NCBI GenBank assembly: GCA_045597125.1
Contig: JAZODR010000021.1
Coordinates: 22,062 to 86,061, forward strand
Source: Eubacteriales bacterium
GTDB taxonomy: Bacteria; Bacillota; Clostridia; Oscillospirales; SIG627
Direction: 5' to 3'
DNA length: 64,000 nt
Shown: positions 17,199-27,595 of the stretch, one piece after another
Position numbering within the stretch: the stretch's first letter is position 1
Layout of the letters: the number at the start of each line of letters is the position of its first letter
Program-made: the position numbers and the translations under genes
Notes under the pieces: model-generated
What the model was told of the DNA's origin: nothing
Seen by the model: only the letters and a program-made list of their open reading frames with translations
The model's database searches: none

Positions 17199-18320
17199 AT
17201 GGCAAGTGTATCTTTGAAGCATATTTTTAAGAAGTACCCCGGCGGTGTTACTGCGGTAACCGATTTTTGTCTGGAGATTAAGGATAAGGAATTTATTATT
17301 CTGGTAGGTCCCTCCGGTTGCGGTAAGTCCACCACCCTGCGTATGGTAGCAGGTCTGGAGGAAATCACCGAGGGTGAACTTTTCATCGGTGATAAGCTGG
17401 TTAACGACGTTGCACCTAAGGATAGAGATATTGCGATGGTGTTCCAGAACTACGCTTTGTATCCCCATATGTCCGTATTTGATAATATGGCATTTGGTTT
17501 GAAGCTCCGTAAGGTTCCCAAGGAAGAAATCAAGAGAAGAGTTGAGGAAGCTGCTCGCATTCTGGATATTGCTCACTTGCTCGACCGTAAGCCTAAGGCT
17601 TTGTCCGGTGGTCAGAGACAGCGTGTTGCTCTGGGTCGTGCGATTGTCCGTGAGCCTAAGGTGTTCCTGCTCGATGAGCCTCTGTCCAACTTGGACGCAA
17701 AGCTGCGTGCATCTATGAGAACTGAGCTGACCAAGCTTCATCAGAAACTGCAGACCACCTTTATCTATGTAACCCACGACCAGACCGAGGCTATGACTAT
17801 GGCTTCCAGAATCGTCGTTATGAAGGACGGTATCATTCAGCAGGTTGATACTCCTCAAAATCTGTATGATTTGCCCGTTAACTTGTTCGTTGCAGGCTTT
17901 ATCGGTACTCCTCAGATGAACTTTATCAATGGTAAGCTCATCAAGAAGAGAGGCGAGGACGGCATTTACTTCACCTTTGGTGAAAGCAATGAGTTCAAGC
18001 TTCCCGAAGAGAAGGCTGAGGACGAAGAGGTTCAGAAGTACGTTGGCAAGGAAGTGATTGCAGGTATTCGTTCCGAGGCAATTCACGACGAGCCTATGTA
18101 CTTGTCTCAGTTCTCTGAATGGGTAATTGATGCAGGCGTTGACGTGACCGAGTTGATGGGTGCTGAAATCTTCTTGTACCTGAATAGCCAAGAGACCAAC
18201 TTCATTGCAAGAGTATCTCCCCGCTCCAAGGCTAAGGTTGGCGATTCCATCAAGGTTGCCTTCGATATTAACAGAATGCACCTGTTTGATAAGGACACCG
18301 AAATCTGCATTTGCCACTAA
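17199..18320 (+). CDS. ABC transporter ATP-binding protein, MsmX/MalK/UgpC type (orphan)
   Basis: [18 protein letters not shown] (Walker A), [14 protein letters not shown] (signature) and [11 protein letters not shown] (Walker B), plus a MalK-like C-terminal regulatory domain. No permease or SBP gene is adjacent. Confidence 0.9.
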   Translation: MASVSLKHIFKKYPGGVTAVTDFCLEIKDKEFIILVGPSGCGKSTTLRMVAGLEEITEGELFIGDKLVNDVAPKDRDIAMVFQNYALYPHMSVFDNMAFGLKLRKVPKEEIKRRVEEAARILDIAHLLDRKPKALSGGQRQRVALGRAIVREPKVFLLDEPLSNLDAKLRASMRTELTKLHQKLQTTFIYVTHDQTEAMTMASRIVVMKDGIIQQVDTPQNLYDLPVNLFVAGFIGTPQMNFINGKLIKKRGEDGIYFTFGESNEFKLPEEKAEDEEVQKYVGKEVIAGIRSEAIHDEPMYLSQFSEWVIDAGVDVTELMGAEIFLYLNSQETNFIARVSPRSKAKVGDSIKVAFDINRMHLFDKDTEICICH

Positions 18321-18329
18321 TACAAAATT

Positions 18330-18361
18330 CCACCCGATGAACACATCGGGTGGTTTTTTTA
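18330..18361 (+). terminator. Rho-independent terminator
   Basis: CCACCCGATG-AACA-CATCGGGTGG followed by TTTTTTT. Confidence 0.8.
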
Positions 18362-18379
18362 TAAAAAGAATCGTTTTTC

Positions 18380-18408
18380 TTGATTTTTTTGTCAGTTTGT
18401 GGTAAAAT
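18380..18408 (+). promoter_or_regulatory. Sigma-A-type promoter for the SNF transporter gene
   Basis: TTGATT, 17-nt spacer ending in TGG, TAAAAT. It lies inside the track ORF's 5' extension, which argues for the ATG 18443 start. Confidence 0.55.
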
Positions 18409-18442
18409 AAACGGGTTATTTTGGATAAAGAAAGGTTTTGTT

Positions 18443-19939
18443 ATGGACAAAAAGAAAAACGGCTTTGCCAGTGGATTGGGATTTGTTTTGGCAGCAGCGG
18501 GCTCGGCAGTAGGGCTCGGCAATCTTTGGGGATTTCCTTATAAGACACAGGAATACGGCGGCGCAGCATTCGTATTGGTTTATATTGCTTGCGTTCTTTT
18601 GATTGGCGCGGTTACGATGGTTTGTGAGATTTTTATTGGCAGACGCGCTCAGGCAAATCCCGTTACCGCTTATAAAAAAATCAATAAAAATGTGGGCTGG
18701 TTTGGTGTACTTGCCATTCTGATTCCCGGTTTTATTGCTTGTTATTATTCGGTGCTGGGAGGGTATACGGTTCGTTTTGCCGTCAATTCCTTTAAGGGCA
18801 ATGACGGAACGATGGATGCCTTTGTCTCCAATGGCATATTGGTAACAATCTTTACTGCGATTTTTATTGCAATGGCGCTTTTTGTTGTTATGGCGGGTGT
18901 GAAGGGCGGTATTGAGAAGGCATCTAAGGTTTTGATGCCGGCGCTTTTCATTTTGCTGTTTGGCACTGCAATCTTCTCTCTTTGTCTGGGGGAAGGTGTT
19001 TCGGAAGGCTTGAAGTTTTATTTGAAACCCGATTTTTCAAAATTGGGCGGTATGCAAATTCTTGCGGCGATGGGTCAGGCTTTTTATTCTCTTTCTTTGG
19101 GAATGGGAGCAATGATTGTTTACGGCTCTTATACGGGCAAAGAGATCAGCGTTGTCAAGTCAACGGGCATGATTTGTTTATTTGATACGATGGTAGCTCT
19201 TTTGGCAGGTTTTGCCATTTTCCCGGCGTTGTATCACTACAAGGCGACTGCAGGTGTTATGCCGGAGAATATTGCAGGTTCAAAATTGATGTTTAAGACT
19301 TTGCCCATGGTATTTGAATCTCTTGGCTTTGTTGGAAAAGTTGTCAGTTTTCTGTTTTTCGCTATGGTTGTGATTGCTGCTTTGACCTCTGTTATTTCTC
19401 TTCTTGAGGTGGTATGTCAGTTTGTGATTCAGAAATTCCGTGTTTCCCGCAAAAAGGCAGTTTCTATTCTTGCTTTGATTTGTTTTTTGATTTCTATTCC
19501 CGTGGGAATTTCTGCAGGGCAGGATATATCTTCTCCCGATGCTATTAAGGTATTTGGAATGGATCTGCTCAGCTTTTTTGATACGGTAACTAATACGGTA
19601 TTGATGCCTGTTTGTGCTTTTTTTAGTTGTATTGCAATTGGCTGGTTCATCGGGCCGAAGAAAGCGGTCTCTGAAATGGAGGAAGATGGTCAAAAACTTG
19701 GCTTTTTCCGCCCTATCTTTATGTTTATGGTAAAATATGTAACCCCGATTTTGATTTTGGCAATTGAGGTTCTCGGTGTCTTTGAGCTGATCTTTCCCAA
19801 GGGAGAAGTGGGAAGAGCTTTTTCTTTCGACGGTTTGGGAATTTCTCTTTCTGCCTATGGAATTCTTGCGGTAGGCACGGTGCTTTACTTTGTATTCTTT
19901 AAGAAAAGCGATACCGGTACCAACGAAGACGAAAAGTAA
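18443..19939 (+). CDS. Sodium-dependent transporter, SNF (neurotransmitter:sodium symporter) family
   Basis: FASGLGFVLAAAGSAVGLGNLWGFPYK is the NSS TM1 signature. About 12 TM segments. Confidence 0.85.
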   Translation: MDKKKNGFASGLGFVLAAAGSAVGLGNLWGFPYKTQEYGGAAFVLVYIACVLLIGAVTMVCEIFIGRRAQANPVTAYKKINKNVGWFGVLAILIPGFIACYYSVLGGYTVRFAVNSFKGNDGTMDAFVSNGILVTIFTAIFIAMALFVVMAGVKGGIEKASKVLMPALFILLFGTAIFSLCLGEGVSEGLKFYLKPDFSKLGGMQILAAMGQAFYSLSLGMGAMIVYGSYTGKEISVVKSTGMICLFDTMVALLAGFAIFPALYHYKATAGVMPENIAGSKLMFKTLPMVFESLGFVGKVVSFLFFAMVVIAALTSVISLLEVVCQFVIQKFRVSRKKAVSILALICFLISIPVGISAGQDISSPDAIKVFGMDLLSFFDTVTNTVLMPVCAFFSCIAIGWFIGPKKAVSEMEEDGQKLGFFRPIFMFMVKYVTPILILAIEVLGVFELIFPKGEVGRAFSFDGLGISLSAYGILAVGTVLYFVFFKKSDTGTNEDEK

Positions 19940-19976
19940 AAAAAGACCGCTTGCATTGCAAGCGTTCTTTTTTTTG
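19940..19976. terminator. Bidirectional terminator between the SNF transporter and PEPCK genes
   Basis: A-run, CGCTTGC-ATT-GCAAGCG, T-run. Confidence 0.7.
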
Positions 19977-19980
19977 TAAA

Positions 19981-21756
19981 TTACTTCAGGTTTGCTTTCA
20001 GGGTCTCCAGCTGAGTCTTGAGCTCTGCGGGCAGACGATCGAATTTCTTGAAGTACTCTTCAACGTCGGCGGCATACGCATTCCAAGCATCCTTATCAAC
20101 GGTAAGAATGGATTTGAGAACCTCGAAGTCCATATCCAGATCGGTAAGATCAATGTCTTCGGGTCTGGGAATGTAACCGATAGCGGTTTCAGCGGCATCC
20201 GCCTTGCCTTCGCAACGGTCGATAATCCAGTTAAGAACTCTCATATTATCACCGAATCCGGGCCATACGAAATTGCCCTCGTCGTCGGTACGGAACCAGT
20301 TAACGTTAAAGATCTTGGGAGCCTTGTCACCCAGCTTTTCGCCCATATCGAGCCAATGCTGGAAGTAGTCGCCCATATTGTATCCACAGAAGGGAAGCAT
20401 AGCCATGGGATCGTGACGAACCACACCGACTGCACCGGCAGCGGCTGCGGTGGTCTCGGAAGCCATGGTAGCACCTACGAATACACCGTTCTTCCAATCC
20501 TTGGACTGGTAAACCAGGGGAGCCAGTTTTGCACGTCTTCCGCCAAATACGATTGCGGAGATGGGAACGCCCGCGCCTTTATCAAATTCCTCGGAAATGC
20601 AGGGGCAGTTTACAGCGGGAGCGGTGAAACGGGAGTTGGGATGAGCAGCGCAGGTGGACTTGTCAGCCTTGTCAAACTTGGAGGGATCCCAAGGATTGCC
20701 TTTCCAGTCGATGGCGTTCTCGGGCAGGTTTTTGTTGAGACCTTCCCACCATACGGTGTTGTCATTCAAATCCAACGCTACATTGGTGAAGATGGTGTTC
20801 TTCTTGGTAGATTCAAGAGCATTGAAGTTGGACTTTTCGTTGGTACCGGGAGCAACGCCGAAGAAGCCGTTCTCGGGGTTGATGGCGTAGAGTCTGCCAT
20901 CGGCACCGATTCTCATCCAGGCAATATCGTCGCCAACGGTCCATACCTTGTATCCCTTTTCGCGGAGATACTTGGGAGGAATGAGCATTGCAAGGTTGGT
21001 CTTACCGCAAGCGGAGGGGAATGCAGCGGCGATGTATTTTACTTCGCCCTTGGGATTTTCAAGACCCAGAATGAGCATATGCTCTGCCATCCAGCCTTCC
21101 TTCCAGCCCTGGTAGGAAGCGATACGGAGAGCGAAGCACTTCTTGCCGAGAAGCACGTTTCCGCCGTAAGCGGAGTTTACGGAAATGATGGTGTTGTCTT
21201 CGGGGAACTGGCAGATGTATCTGTTCTCGGGATCAACATCGCATTTTGCGTGCAGACCGCGAACCCAGTCGTTGGAGTCGCCCAGAACTTCCAATACCTT
21301 GGTGCCAACACGGGTCATAATTGCCATATTGAGAACAACGTAGATGGAGTCGGTAATTTCGATTCCGATTTTTGCAAGAGGAGAACCGATGGGACCCATA
21401 GAGAAGGGGATGATGTACATGGTTCTTCCCTTGTAGGTACCGCGTGCAATGTTGTAGAGCTTTTCATACATTTCTGCGGGTGCACACCAGTTGTTGGTGG
21501 GACCTGCATCTTCCTTTACGGAGGTGCAGATAAAGGTTCTGTCCTCAACACGAGCTACGTCGTTTTGACGAGTTCTATGGAGGTAGCAGCCGGGAAGTTT
21601 TTCTTCATTGAGCTTCTGCAGTTCACCACTTGCACAAGCCTCGGCACGGAGTGCCTCCAGCTGAGCTTCTTCGCCGGTGATCCACACCATTTGATCGGGG
21701 TTTAGAAGAGATTTCATCTCTTCGAGCCACTTAAGAACGGTTGCGTTGGTGGTCAT
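19981..21756 (-). CDS. pckG: Phosphoenolpyruvate carboxykinase (GTP)
   Basis: 591 aa. FPSACGKTNLAML (kinase-1a P-loop of GTP-PEPCK), WMRIGADGRLYAINPE and FNVNWFR are characteristic. Confidence 0.9.
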   Translation of the reverse strand: MTTNATVLKWLEEMKSLLNPDQMVWITGEEAQLEALRAEACASGELQKLNEEKLPGCYLHRTRQNDVARVEDRTFICTSVKEDAGPTNNWCAPAEMYEKLYNIARGTYKGRTMYIIPFSMGPIGSPLAKIGIEITDSIYVVLNMAIMTRVGTKVLEVLGDSNDWVRGLHAKCDVDPENRYICQFPEDNTIISVNSAYGGNVLLGKKCFALRIASYQGWKEGWMAEHMLILGLENPKGEVKYIAAAFPSACGKTNLAMLIPPKYLREKGYKVWTVGDDIAWMRIGADGRLYAINPENGFFGVAPGTNEKSNFNALESTKKNTIFTNVALDLNDNTVWWEGLNKNLPENAIDWKGNPWDPSKFDKADKSTCAAHPNSRFTAPAVNCPCISEEFDKGAGVPISAIVFGGRRAKLAPLVYQSKDWKNGVFVGATMASETTAAAAGAVGVVRHDPMAMLPFCGYNMGDYFQHWLDMGEKLGDKAPKIFNVNWFRTDDEGNFVWPGFGDNMRVLNWIIDRCEGKADAAETAIGYIPRPEDIDLTDLDMDFEVLKSILTVDKDAWNAYAADVEEYFKKFDRLPAELKTQLETLKANLK

Positions 21757-22017
21757 GATTTGAGTTCCTTTCTCTCATTGATTCAAAGTTACCGATATTA
21801 TACTAAAATATACAAAGTTGCGCAAGAGGTGAAGGGCAGAAAAACGAAAAAAAATACTTTTTTTCTCAAAACTTACGAAAAATAACAAAAGCGCACTTTT
21901 AATTTATTTCTTTTTTGAAATAAACTTGGTTTTCAAAATAAATTTAATAGTTGAAAGGTTGTTTTGATTTGGCAAAGAAAAGGAAAGCTCCTTTTTGCAA
22001 AAAAATCAAAAAAAGGT

Positions 22018-22046
22018 TTGAAATGGTACAGAATATATAGTATAAT
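22018..22046 (+). promoter_or_regulatory. Sigma-A-type promoter for the M16 peptidase pair
   Basis: TTGAAA (22018-22023), 17-nt spacer, TATAAT (22041-22046). Confidence 0.55.
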
Positions 22047-22079
22047 ATAGTGGATTATAAATGGCAGAAAGGACGAAAT

Positions 22080-23363
22080 ATGGATCGAGAAAAATTACAG
22101 CGGATTTCCGTTCTTCCCGGTGTTCATTTGAATTTTGTGGAGAATGATCGTTATAAAACCAATTTTATTACGTTTGATTTTCTTACACCTTTGGACCGCG
22201 TGACTGCTTCGTACAACACGGTGCTTTCCCGTGTTTTGACCAGAGGATGTGAAAAATATCCCGATCAGATGACGCTGAACCGCGCATTGGACGAGCTTTA
22301 TGATGCAACCCTTTCCTCGGATTCAATTAAGGTGGGCGAGTGGCATACGCTTTCTGTGACGCTGTCTCTTTTGGACAATGCTTTCACTTTTGATTCAAGG
22401 GATCTTTCCGAGGCGGGACTTGCACTTTTGAAAGAGGTGATTTTTCATCCTTATCTTCCCCAGGGTATTTTCTGTGAGGAATATGTGAAGGGAGAAAAAA
22501 AACAGGCACTTCTTGAGATAGCTTCGCTGGTAAACAATAAGGCAAGATATGCAAAAGGGCGAATGATCGAGCATATGTGCAAGCTGGAGCCTTATTCTAC
22601 TTGTGCCATCGGTACCCGTTCTGAAATCGGAAAGATTACGGCGGAAAGTCTTACCGCTTATTATAAACAATTTTTGAAGACCTCTCAGATTGAGCTCTTT
22701 TTCGTGGGTCGCTTTGATCAGGAGAAAGTGAAAAAGCAGGTTGAAAAGCTATTTATTGGTTGTGACCGCGCTTTTGCGCCACTACCGCCTCTCTCCATTC
22801 GCACCAAGGCACGCACGGTTAAGGAAATTACCGAGACGATGGATATTACCCAAGCAAATCTTTTGATGGGATTCCGCACTGCCTGTACCATTTACGATAA
22901 AACTTGGCGAGCAATGAGTCTGTATAATGCGGTTTTGGGAGGCTCTTTGACTTCTAAACTTTTCTGCGTTTTGCGCGAGAAAATGAGTTTATGCTATTCT
23001 ATTTCCTCTACTCCCGATGCGCTGAAGGGGATTCTGTCTGTTTACGCGGGGATTGCTCCTGAGAATCGAGAGGTTGCCATTCGCGAAGTACTCAATCAGA
23101 TGGAAGAGATTCGCAAGGGCAATATTACTTCCGAGGAGTTGGAGAATGCCCGCGGTGCGCTGGTTCATTCTTTACGGGGTTTGCAGGATAATCCTGCGGT
23201 GCTTGCAGATTGGTATTTGCCTCGCATTTTGACGGGTAATTTCCAGACACCCGATCAGATTGTTGCAGAACTTTTGGCATTGACTGTTCAGGACGTGGTG
23301 AAGGTGTCGGAGAATATTACGTTGGATACGGTTTATACCCTGACGGGAAAGGAGGAGCGGTGA
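22080..23363 (+). CDS. M16-family peptidase-like protein, probably the non-catalytic partner
   Basis: Size and pairing fit pitrilysin-family two-gene sets. I found no HxxEH motif in the N-terminal region. The ATG 22080 start lies downstream of the promoter. Confidence 0.6.
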   Translation: MDREKLQRISVLPGVHLNFVENDRYKTNFITFDFLTPLDRVTASYNTVLSRVLTRGCEKYPDQMTLNRALDELYDATLSSDSIKVGEWHTLSVTLSLLDNAFTFDSRDLSEAGLALLKEVIFHPYLPQGIFCEEYVKGEKKQALLEIASLVNNKARYAKGRMIEHMCKLEPYSTCAIGTRSEIGKITAESLTAYYKQFLKTSQIELFFVGRFDQEKVKKQVEKLFIGCDRAFAPLPPLSIRTKARTVKEITETMDITQANLLMGFRTACTIYDKTWRAMSLYNAVLGGSLTSKLFCVLREKMSLCYSISSTPDALKGILSVYAGIAPENREVAIREVLNQMEEIRKGNITSEELENARGALVHSLRGLQDNPAVLADWYLPRILTGNFQTPDQIVAELLALTVQDVVKVSENITLDTVYTLTGKEER

Positions 23364-24661
23364 TGCGTTTTTATACTACGGAAAATGAGCGTCTTAAGGA
23401 AAAATATTATCGCGGAAAGCATGCTTCGGGGCTTGAGGTAGTTATTGTTCCCAAGGCTCATAAAAAGGCGTTTGCCTTATTTGGCACCCGTTACGGTTCG
23501 GTGCATCGTACCTTTAAGACGGACCGTGATTCGGATTTTGTTACCGTTCCTGATGGTATTGCTCATTTTCTGGAGCATAAACTGTTTGAAAACGAAGACG
23601 GTAGCGATACCTTTGCTCAGTTTGCCGCTTTGGGAGCCAGCTGTAATGCTTTTACTTCTACGGAAATGACGGCATATCTTTTCTCTGCAACGGATTGGTA
23701 CTATGAAAATCTTTCGGTTTTGCTCAAATTTGTCACGCAGCCGTATTTTACTCCCGAAACGGTAGAAAAGGAAATGGGTATCATCGGGCAGGAGATTCGT
23801 ATGTGCTATGATGAGCCTTTTCATCAGCTTTATTACGGACTTCTGGACGCGCTTTTCGTGAATCATAACGTAAAGGTGGATATTGCGGGGACGGAAGAAA
23901 CCATTTCCCATATTACAAGTGATATTCTTTACCGCTGCTACAACACTTTTTATAATTTAAATAATATGCTTCTGGTTCTTTGCGGTCCTTGGGATAAGAC
24001 AAAGGTGAAAGCGGTGCTGGATGCAGAACTGAAAAAGAGTGAAGCTTGTCGTATTCAGACTCGTTTTCCTTCGGAGCCCAAGCGAATCAACAAGAAAAAA
24101 GTAGTGAAGGAATTTCCCGTGGGAACGCCTTTGTTTGCCGTAGGAATGAAAGAAGACGATCTGAAAAAGCGTCGTAGTGCCGAGCAGACTTTGAAGCAGC
24201 AGGCACAGCACGAGATTCTCTCGGATATGCTTTTTGGAAAATCCAGTATTTTGTACAATGAATTGTATGATCAAGGATTCATTGGCGATCGTTTCTCGCT
24301 GGAGTACAATTTATCTCAAAGTTACGGATATCTTTTGATTTTCGGAGAGAGCAGTCGTCCCGAAACGGTTTATAAGAGGATCCGTGAAACGGTAAAGCGT
24401 GCCGCAGAGCTTGTAACACCTGAGGATTTTCAGCGTAGCCGTAAGGCGGTGTATGCCCGTGCAGTGCAGGACTGGAATTCTACTACGGAAATTGCGGAGA
24501 ATTTTATGGATTTTGCTTTTTCCGATACGGATATGCTTCTTTATCCTGATACAGTGGCAAGTGTTACCTTTGAGGATATCAAGAAGCGGATTGTCGATTC
24601 TTATCATCCCGCCAGACTGGTTCTGTCGGTTGTGAAAAAACCAAAGGAGGAAAAAAGATGA
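23363..24661 (+). CDS. M16-family (pitrilysin-like) zinc peptidase
   Basis: GIAHFLEHKLFENE contains the inverted zinc motif HxxEH. The start overlaps the upstream TGA. Confidence 0.75.
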   Translation: MRFYTTENERLKEKYYRGKHASGLEVVIVPKAHKKAFALFGTRYGSVHRTFKTDRDSDFVTVPDGIAHFLEHKLFENEDGSDTFAQFAALGASCNAFTSTEMTAYLFSATDWYYENLSVLLKFVTQPYFTPETVEKEMGIIGQEIRMCYDEPFHQLYYGLLDALFVNHNVKVDIAGTEETISHITSDILYRCYNTFYNLNNMLLVLCGPWDKTKVKAVLDAELKKSEACRIQTRFPSEPKRINKKKVVKEFPVGTPLFAVGMKEDDLKKRRSAEQTLKQQAQHEILSDMLFGKSSILYNELYDQGFIGDRFSLEYNLSQSYGYLLIFGESSRPETVYKRIRETVKRAAELVTPEDFQRSRKAVYARAVQDWNSTTEIAENFMDFAFSDTDMLLYPDTVASVTFEDIKKRIVDSYHPARLVLSVVKKPKEEKR

Positions 24662-25527
24662 TTGCAAATACCACGATTGTATCCTTTCCCGAATTGGGAT
24701 GGGGGCCTTGGACCATAAACCGTTTTTTGGTGGAGGATTTGTTTGGAAAAATCAATATTGCTTGGTACGGCGTGATTATTTGCCTGGCAATGATTCTTGC
24801 CTGTACCATTGTTTTGCGCAATGCGGTGAAAAAGGAAAAGTTTAATATGGATTCCTTTTTGGATTACTTTATTTTTGCGATTCCGATTGGTGTGATTGGT
24901 GCCAGAACCATGTATGTTCTGGCTAAATTTGAGGAGTATGATTCCTTTGGGGAAATGATTGCAATCTGGAATGGCGGACTTGCCATTTACGGCGGCGTTT
25001 TAGCGGGAATCGTAACGGTTCTTGTAATTGCTAGAATTAAAAAACAAAATCCCCTTGCTGTATTTGATGCCATTGTGCCCGGTCTTTTAATCGCTCAGTC
25101 TTTGGGACGCTGGGGCAATTTTATCAACGGCGAAGCTTATGGCGAGACTGTGACCCACGCTATGCCTTGGGGAATGGTGGTCAACGGTGTTGGCCCTGTA
25201 CATCCTACTTTCCTGTATGAATCTATTATGACCTTTATCGGTTTTTGTCTTGCTCAGTTTTTAATTTACCGTTTGAAGAAATCCCACGGTCAGGTATTTG
25301 CCTTTTATTTGATTTGGTACGGTACGGCAAGAACTTTGATTGAGGGACTGCGCGTAGATTCCTTGATGATCGGCCCTTTGCGTCTTGCACAGTGTATCGG
25401 CCTTGCTTCTGTTTTGGCGGGTATTGCTTTGTTTGTGATTTTAGGTCTGTATGGAAAGCCCAAAGAGGTTCTTGCAGAACAGAGCGAGGTAAAAGAAGAG
25501 GAGGAGAACCATGGCGATCAGAATTGA
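24658..25527 (+). CDS. lgt: Prolipoprotein diacylglyceryl transferase
   Basis: [25 protein letters not shown] and [13 protein letters not shown] are Lgt signatures. Confidence 0.9.
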   Translation: MIANTTIVSFPELGWGPWTINRFLVEDLFGKINIAWYGVIICLAMILACTIVLRNAVKKEKFNMDSFLDYFIFAIPIGVIGARTMYVLAKFEEYDSFGEMIAIWNGGLAIYGGVLAGIVTVLVIARIKKQNPLAVFDAIVPGLLIAQSLGRWGNFINGEAYGETVTHAMPWGMVVNGVGPVHPTFLYESIMTFIGFCLAQFLIYRLKKSHGQVFAFYLIWYGTARTLIEGLRVDSLMIGPLRLAQCIGLASVLAGIALFVILGLYGKPKEVLAEQSEVKEEEENHGDQN

Positions 25528-26365
25528 TGGAAAACTTACTTCTGTAAAGCGCAGAGAAAAGATGCTTGCTGAAACGGAAGAGCTCATTCGAGAAATGGGT
25601 GTTCGTCCCGGTCTGGCGGTGATATTGGTTGGAGATGATCCCGCCTCCGCTATTTACGTGAAGAATAAGAAGAAGGGTTGCGAGGAACTTGGTTTCTTGT
25701 CACGTGAATATCGTCTTCCTGCAGAAACATCCGAGGAGGAATTGCTCTCTTTGATTGATACGCTCAATGGAGATTCCCAGATTCACGGTATTTTGGTACA
25801 GCTTCCTGTACCCAAGCACATTGACGATAAAAAGGTAATTGCCCGCATTGCCCCTGAAAAGGATGTAGATGCTTTTGGCTTTGAGAATGTGGGCAGAATT
25901 ATGACCGGTGATTTTGACTTTGTTCCTTGTACCCCTGCGGGAATTATGGTACTTCTGGAGGAATATGGCATTGATCCTGCGGGTAAGCGCGCAGTGGTCA
26001 TCGGACGAAGTAATATCGTGGGTAAGCCTATGGCAATGCTTCTGCTCCATAAAAATGCAACGGTGACTGTTTGTCATTCCAGAACGGAGAATCTTGCTGA
26101 GATCTGCCGAGAAGCGGATATTCTGGTTGCCGCTGTAGGGAAGGCGAATTTTGTGACGGCGGATATGGTAAAGCCCGGTGCGGTGGTGATTGACGTGGGA
26201 ATGAACCGCGATGAAAAAGGACTTTGCGGTGACGTGGCATTTGCCCAGGTAGAGCCTAAGGCATCTTATATTACCCCTGTTCCCGGCGGTGTGGGTCCTA
26301 TGACCATTACTATGTTGCTGCAAAACACTTTGACCAGCGCTCGTAAAGAGGCAAGGTCCAAATAA
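25511..26365 (+). CDS. folD: Bifunctional methylenetetrahydrofolate dehydrogenase/methenyl-THF cyclohydrolase
   Basis: [54 protein letters not shown] and [16 protein letters not shown]. Confidence 0.95.
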   Translation: MAIRIDGKLTSVKRREKMLAETEELIREMGVRPGLAVILVGDDPASAIYVKNKKKGCEELGFLSREYRLPAETSEEELLSLIDTLNGDSQIHGILVQLPVPKHIDDKKVIARIAPEKDVDAFGFENVGRIMTGDFDFVPCTPAGIMVLLEEYGIDPAGKRAVVIGRSNIVGKPMAMLLLHKNATVTVCHSRTENLAEICREADILVAAVGKANFVTADMVKPGAVVIDVGMNRDEKGLCGDVAFAQVEPKASYITPVPGGVGPMTITMLLQNTLTSARKEARSK

Positions 26366-26374
26366 GGAGAGCTG

Positions 26375-27595
26375 ATGAAAAAAAACATAGCTTTAACAGC
26401 ACTGATTTTGGCTTTCGTGATGCTTCTGTCTTCTTGCGCACAGGAAGCTGCAGAGCCTACTACCGAAGCCGGTCAGGAAACGGCATCCTTTCAAGGGCTG
26501 ACCGATCAGGATCGAGAATATTTGAAAAACTATCTTTTAGACTATGAGGCAGGTAAAATAGAAGGAAAAATTCTTTTTGATTATGAGGATTTTACCAAAT
26601 TTATAAAGCCTTTTACATACAAAGGTCTTACTTATCCCGAAGATTCGATGATTCGGGTAGAGGTTACCGATGAGGAAGTGGACGAGTATCTGACGCTGTT
26701 TTTCCTGGCGACACAGGTTTCCGATGAGCAGTATGAGACTCTTTCCGAAGGCGTGGTACAGAAATACGATTTGACCGTCATTGATTTTCGCGGTGTGGTA
26801 GATGGTAAAGAATCGGAAAATGCCAGCGGAACCGATCAGGAGCTTATGATTGGAAGCGGTTCTTTTATTGATGGTTTTGAAAGCGGTCTTGTGGGAGCAA
26901 AAATCGGAGAAGAGGTTCGGCTTGATCTGAAATTTTCTCCTTATTACGGAGCAAAAGAGATGGCGGGGAAAGATGTTACCTTTTTTGTGACGGTGAAGAG
27001 TATTCAAAGGGCTGCCATTCCCGAGTTTTCGCTGGATGTAATCAATCAGTATCACGATACCGAGTTTAAGACGCTCGAGGAGACAAAGGCTTGGTTTAAG
27101 GAGGAACTTCAAGTACAGGCGAAACAAAATTCGTATTCTTCTTTATCTGCTTATTTGCAGGAAAAGATTCTTGCTGGTCTTGAGGTGATACAGTATCCTG
27201 ATGATGAATTGGAGCATTTTTCTTCTTTGTATCTGCTTCGGCATGAAATGGCAAAAGCAGATGCCGATTGGGAGACATATTGCTCGGAAAATCTGGGAAT
27301 TTCTTATGAACAGCTTCAGGAAGAGGCGCAAACGTATGCCAAAGAGCAGATAAAGCCTCTTTTAATGATGTACTATATTGAAAAGGAAGAAGGACTGTCT
27401 TGTACCACTGCTCAGCTTGGCGCTTTTATTGAAGGCTTTTATACATCGCAGAATACCGATGGTTATTATTCAAAGCTGGAGGATATGATCAAGGATTGCG
27501 CCGAGTTTTACGGTGCGGACTTTTTTGAGCAGCAGGTAATCGGTGCTATGGCATCGGAAAAAATTATTGAATACGCAGTGAAAGAGGCTGTATGA
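26375..27595 (+). CDS. Exported trigger-factor-like lipoprotein with an FKBP-type PPIase domain (paralogue 1)
   Basis: MKKNIALTALILAFVMLLSSCAQ is a lipobox signal. VIDFRGVVDGKE...LMIGSGSFIDGFESGLVGAKIGEEVRLDLKF...MAGKDVTFFVTVKSIQ matches the trigger-factor PPIase core, and a TF-C-like helical domain follows. Confidence 0.7.
   Translation: MKKNIALTALILAFVMLLSSCAQEAAEPTTEAGQETASFQGLTDQDREYLKNYLLDYEAGKIEGKILFDYEDFTKFIKPFTYKGLTYPEDSMIRVEVTDEEVDEYLTLFFLATQVSDEQYETLSEGVVQKYDLTVIDFRGVVDGKESENASGTDQELMIGSGSFIDGFESGLVGAKIGEEVRLDLKFSPYYGAKEMAGKDVTFFVTVKSIQRAAIPEFSLDVINQYHDTEFKTLEETKAWFKEELQVQAKQNSYSSLSAYLQEKILAGLEVIQYPDDELEHFSSLYLLRHEMAKADADWETYCSENLGISYEQLQEEAQTYAKEQIKPLLMMYYIEKEEGLSCTTAQLGAFIEGFYTSQNTDGYYSKLEDMIKDCAEFYGADFFEQQVIGAMASEKIIEYAVKEAV

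Noticed and set aside
17124-18344. 406-aa ORF antisense to the MsmX-type ATPase gene
   Set aside because: It lies entirely opposite a gene with unambiguous Walker A, signature and Walker B motifs. It has no SD and an odd residue composition (rich in N, H, L, Q and C). It looks like a stop-poor antisense frame, not a gene.
19951-21705. 584-aa ORF antisense to the PEPCK gene
   Set aside because: It mirrors the full length of a clearly identified GTP-PEPCK. It is a Gly/Val/Ser-rich low-complexity translation with no start context. I treat it as an antisense artefact.
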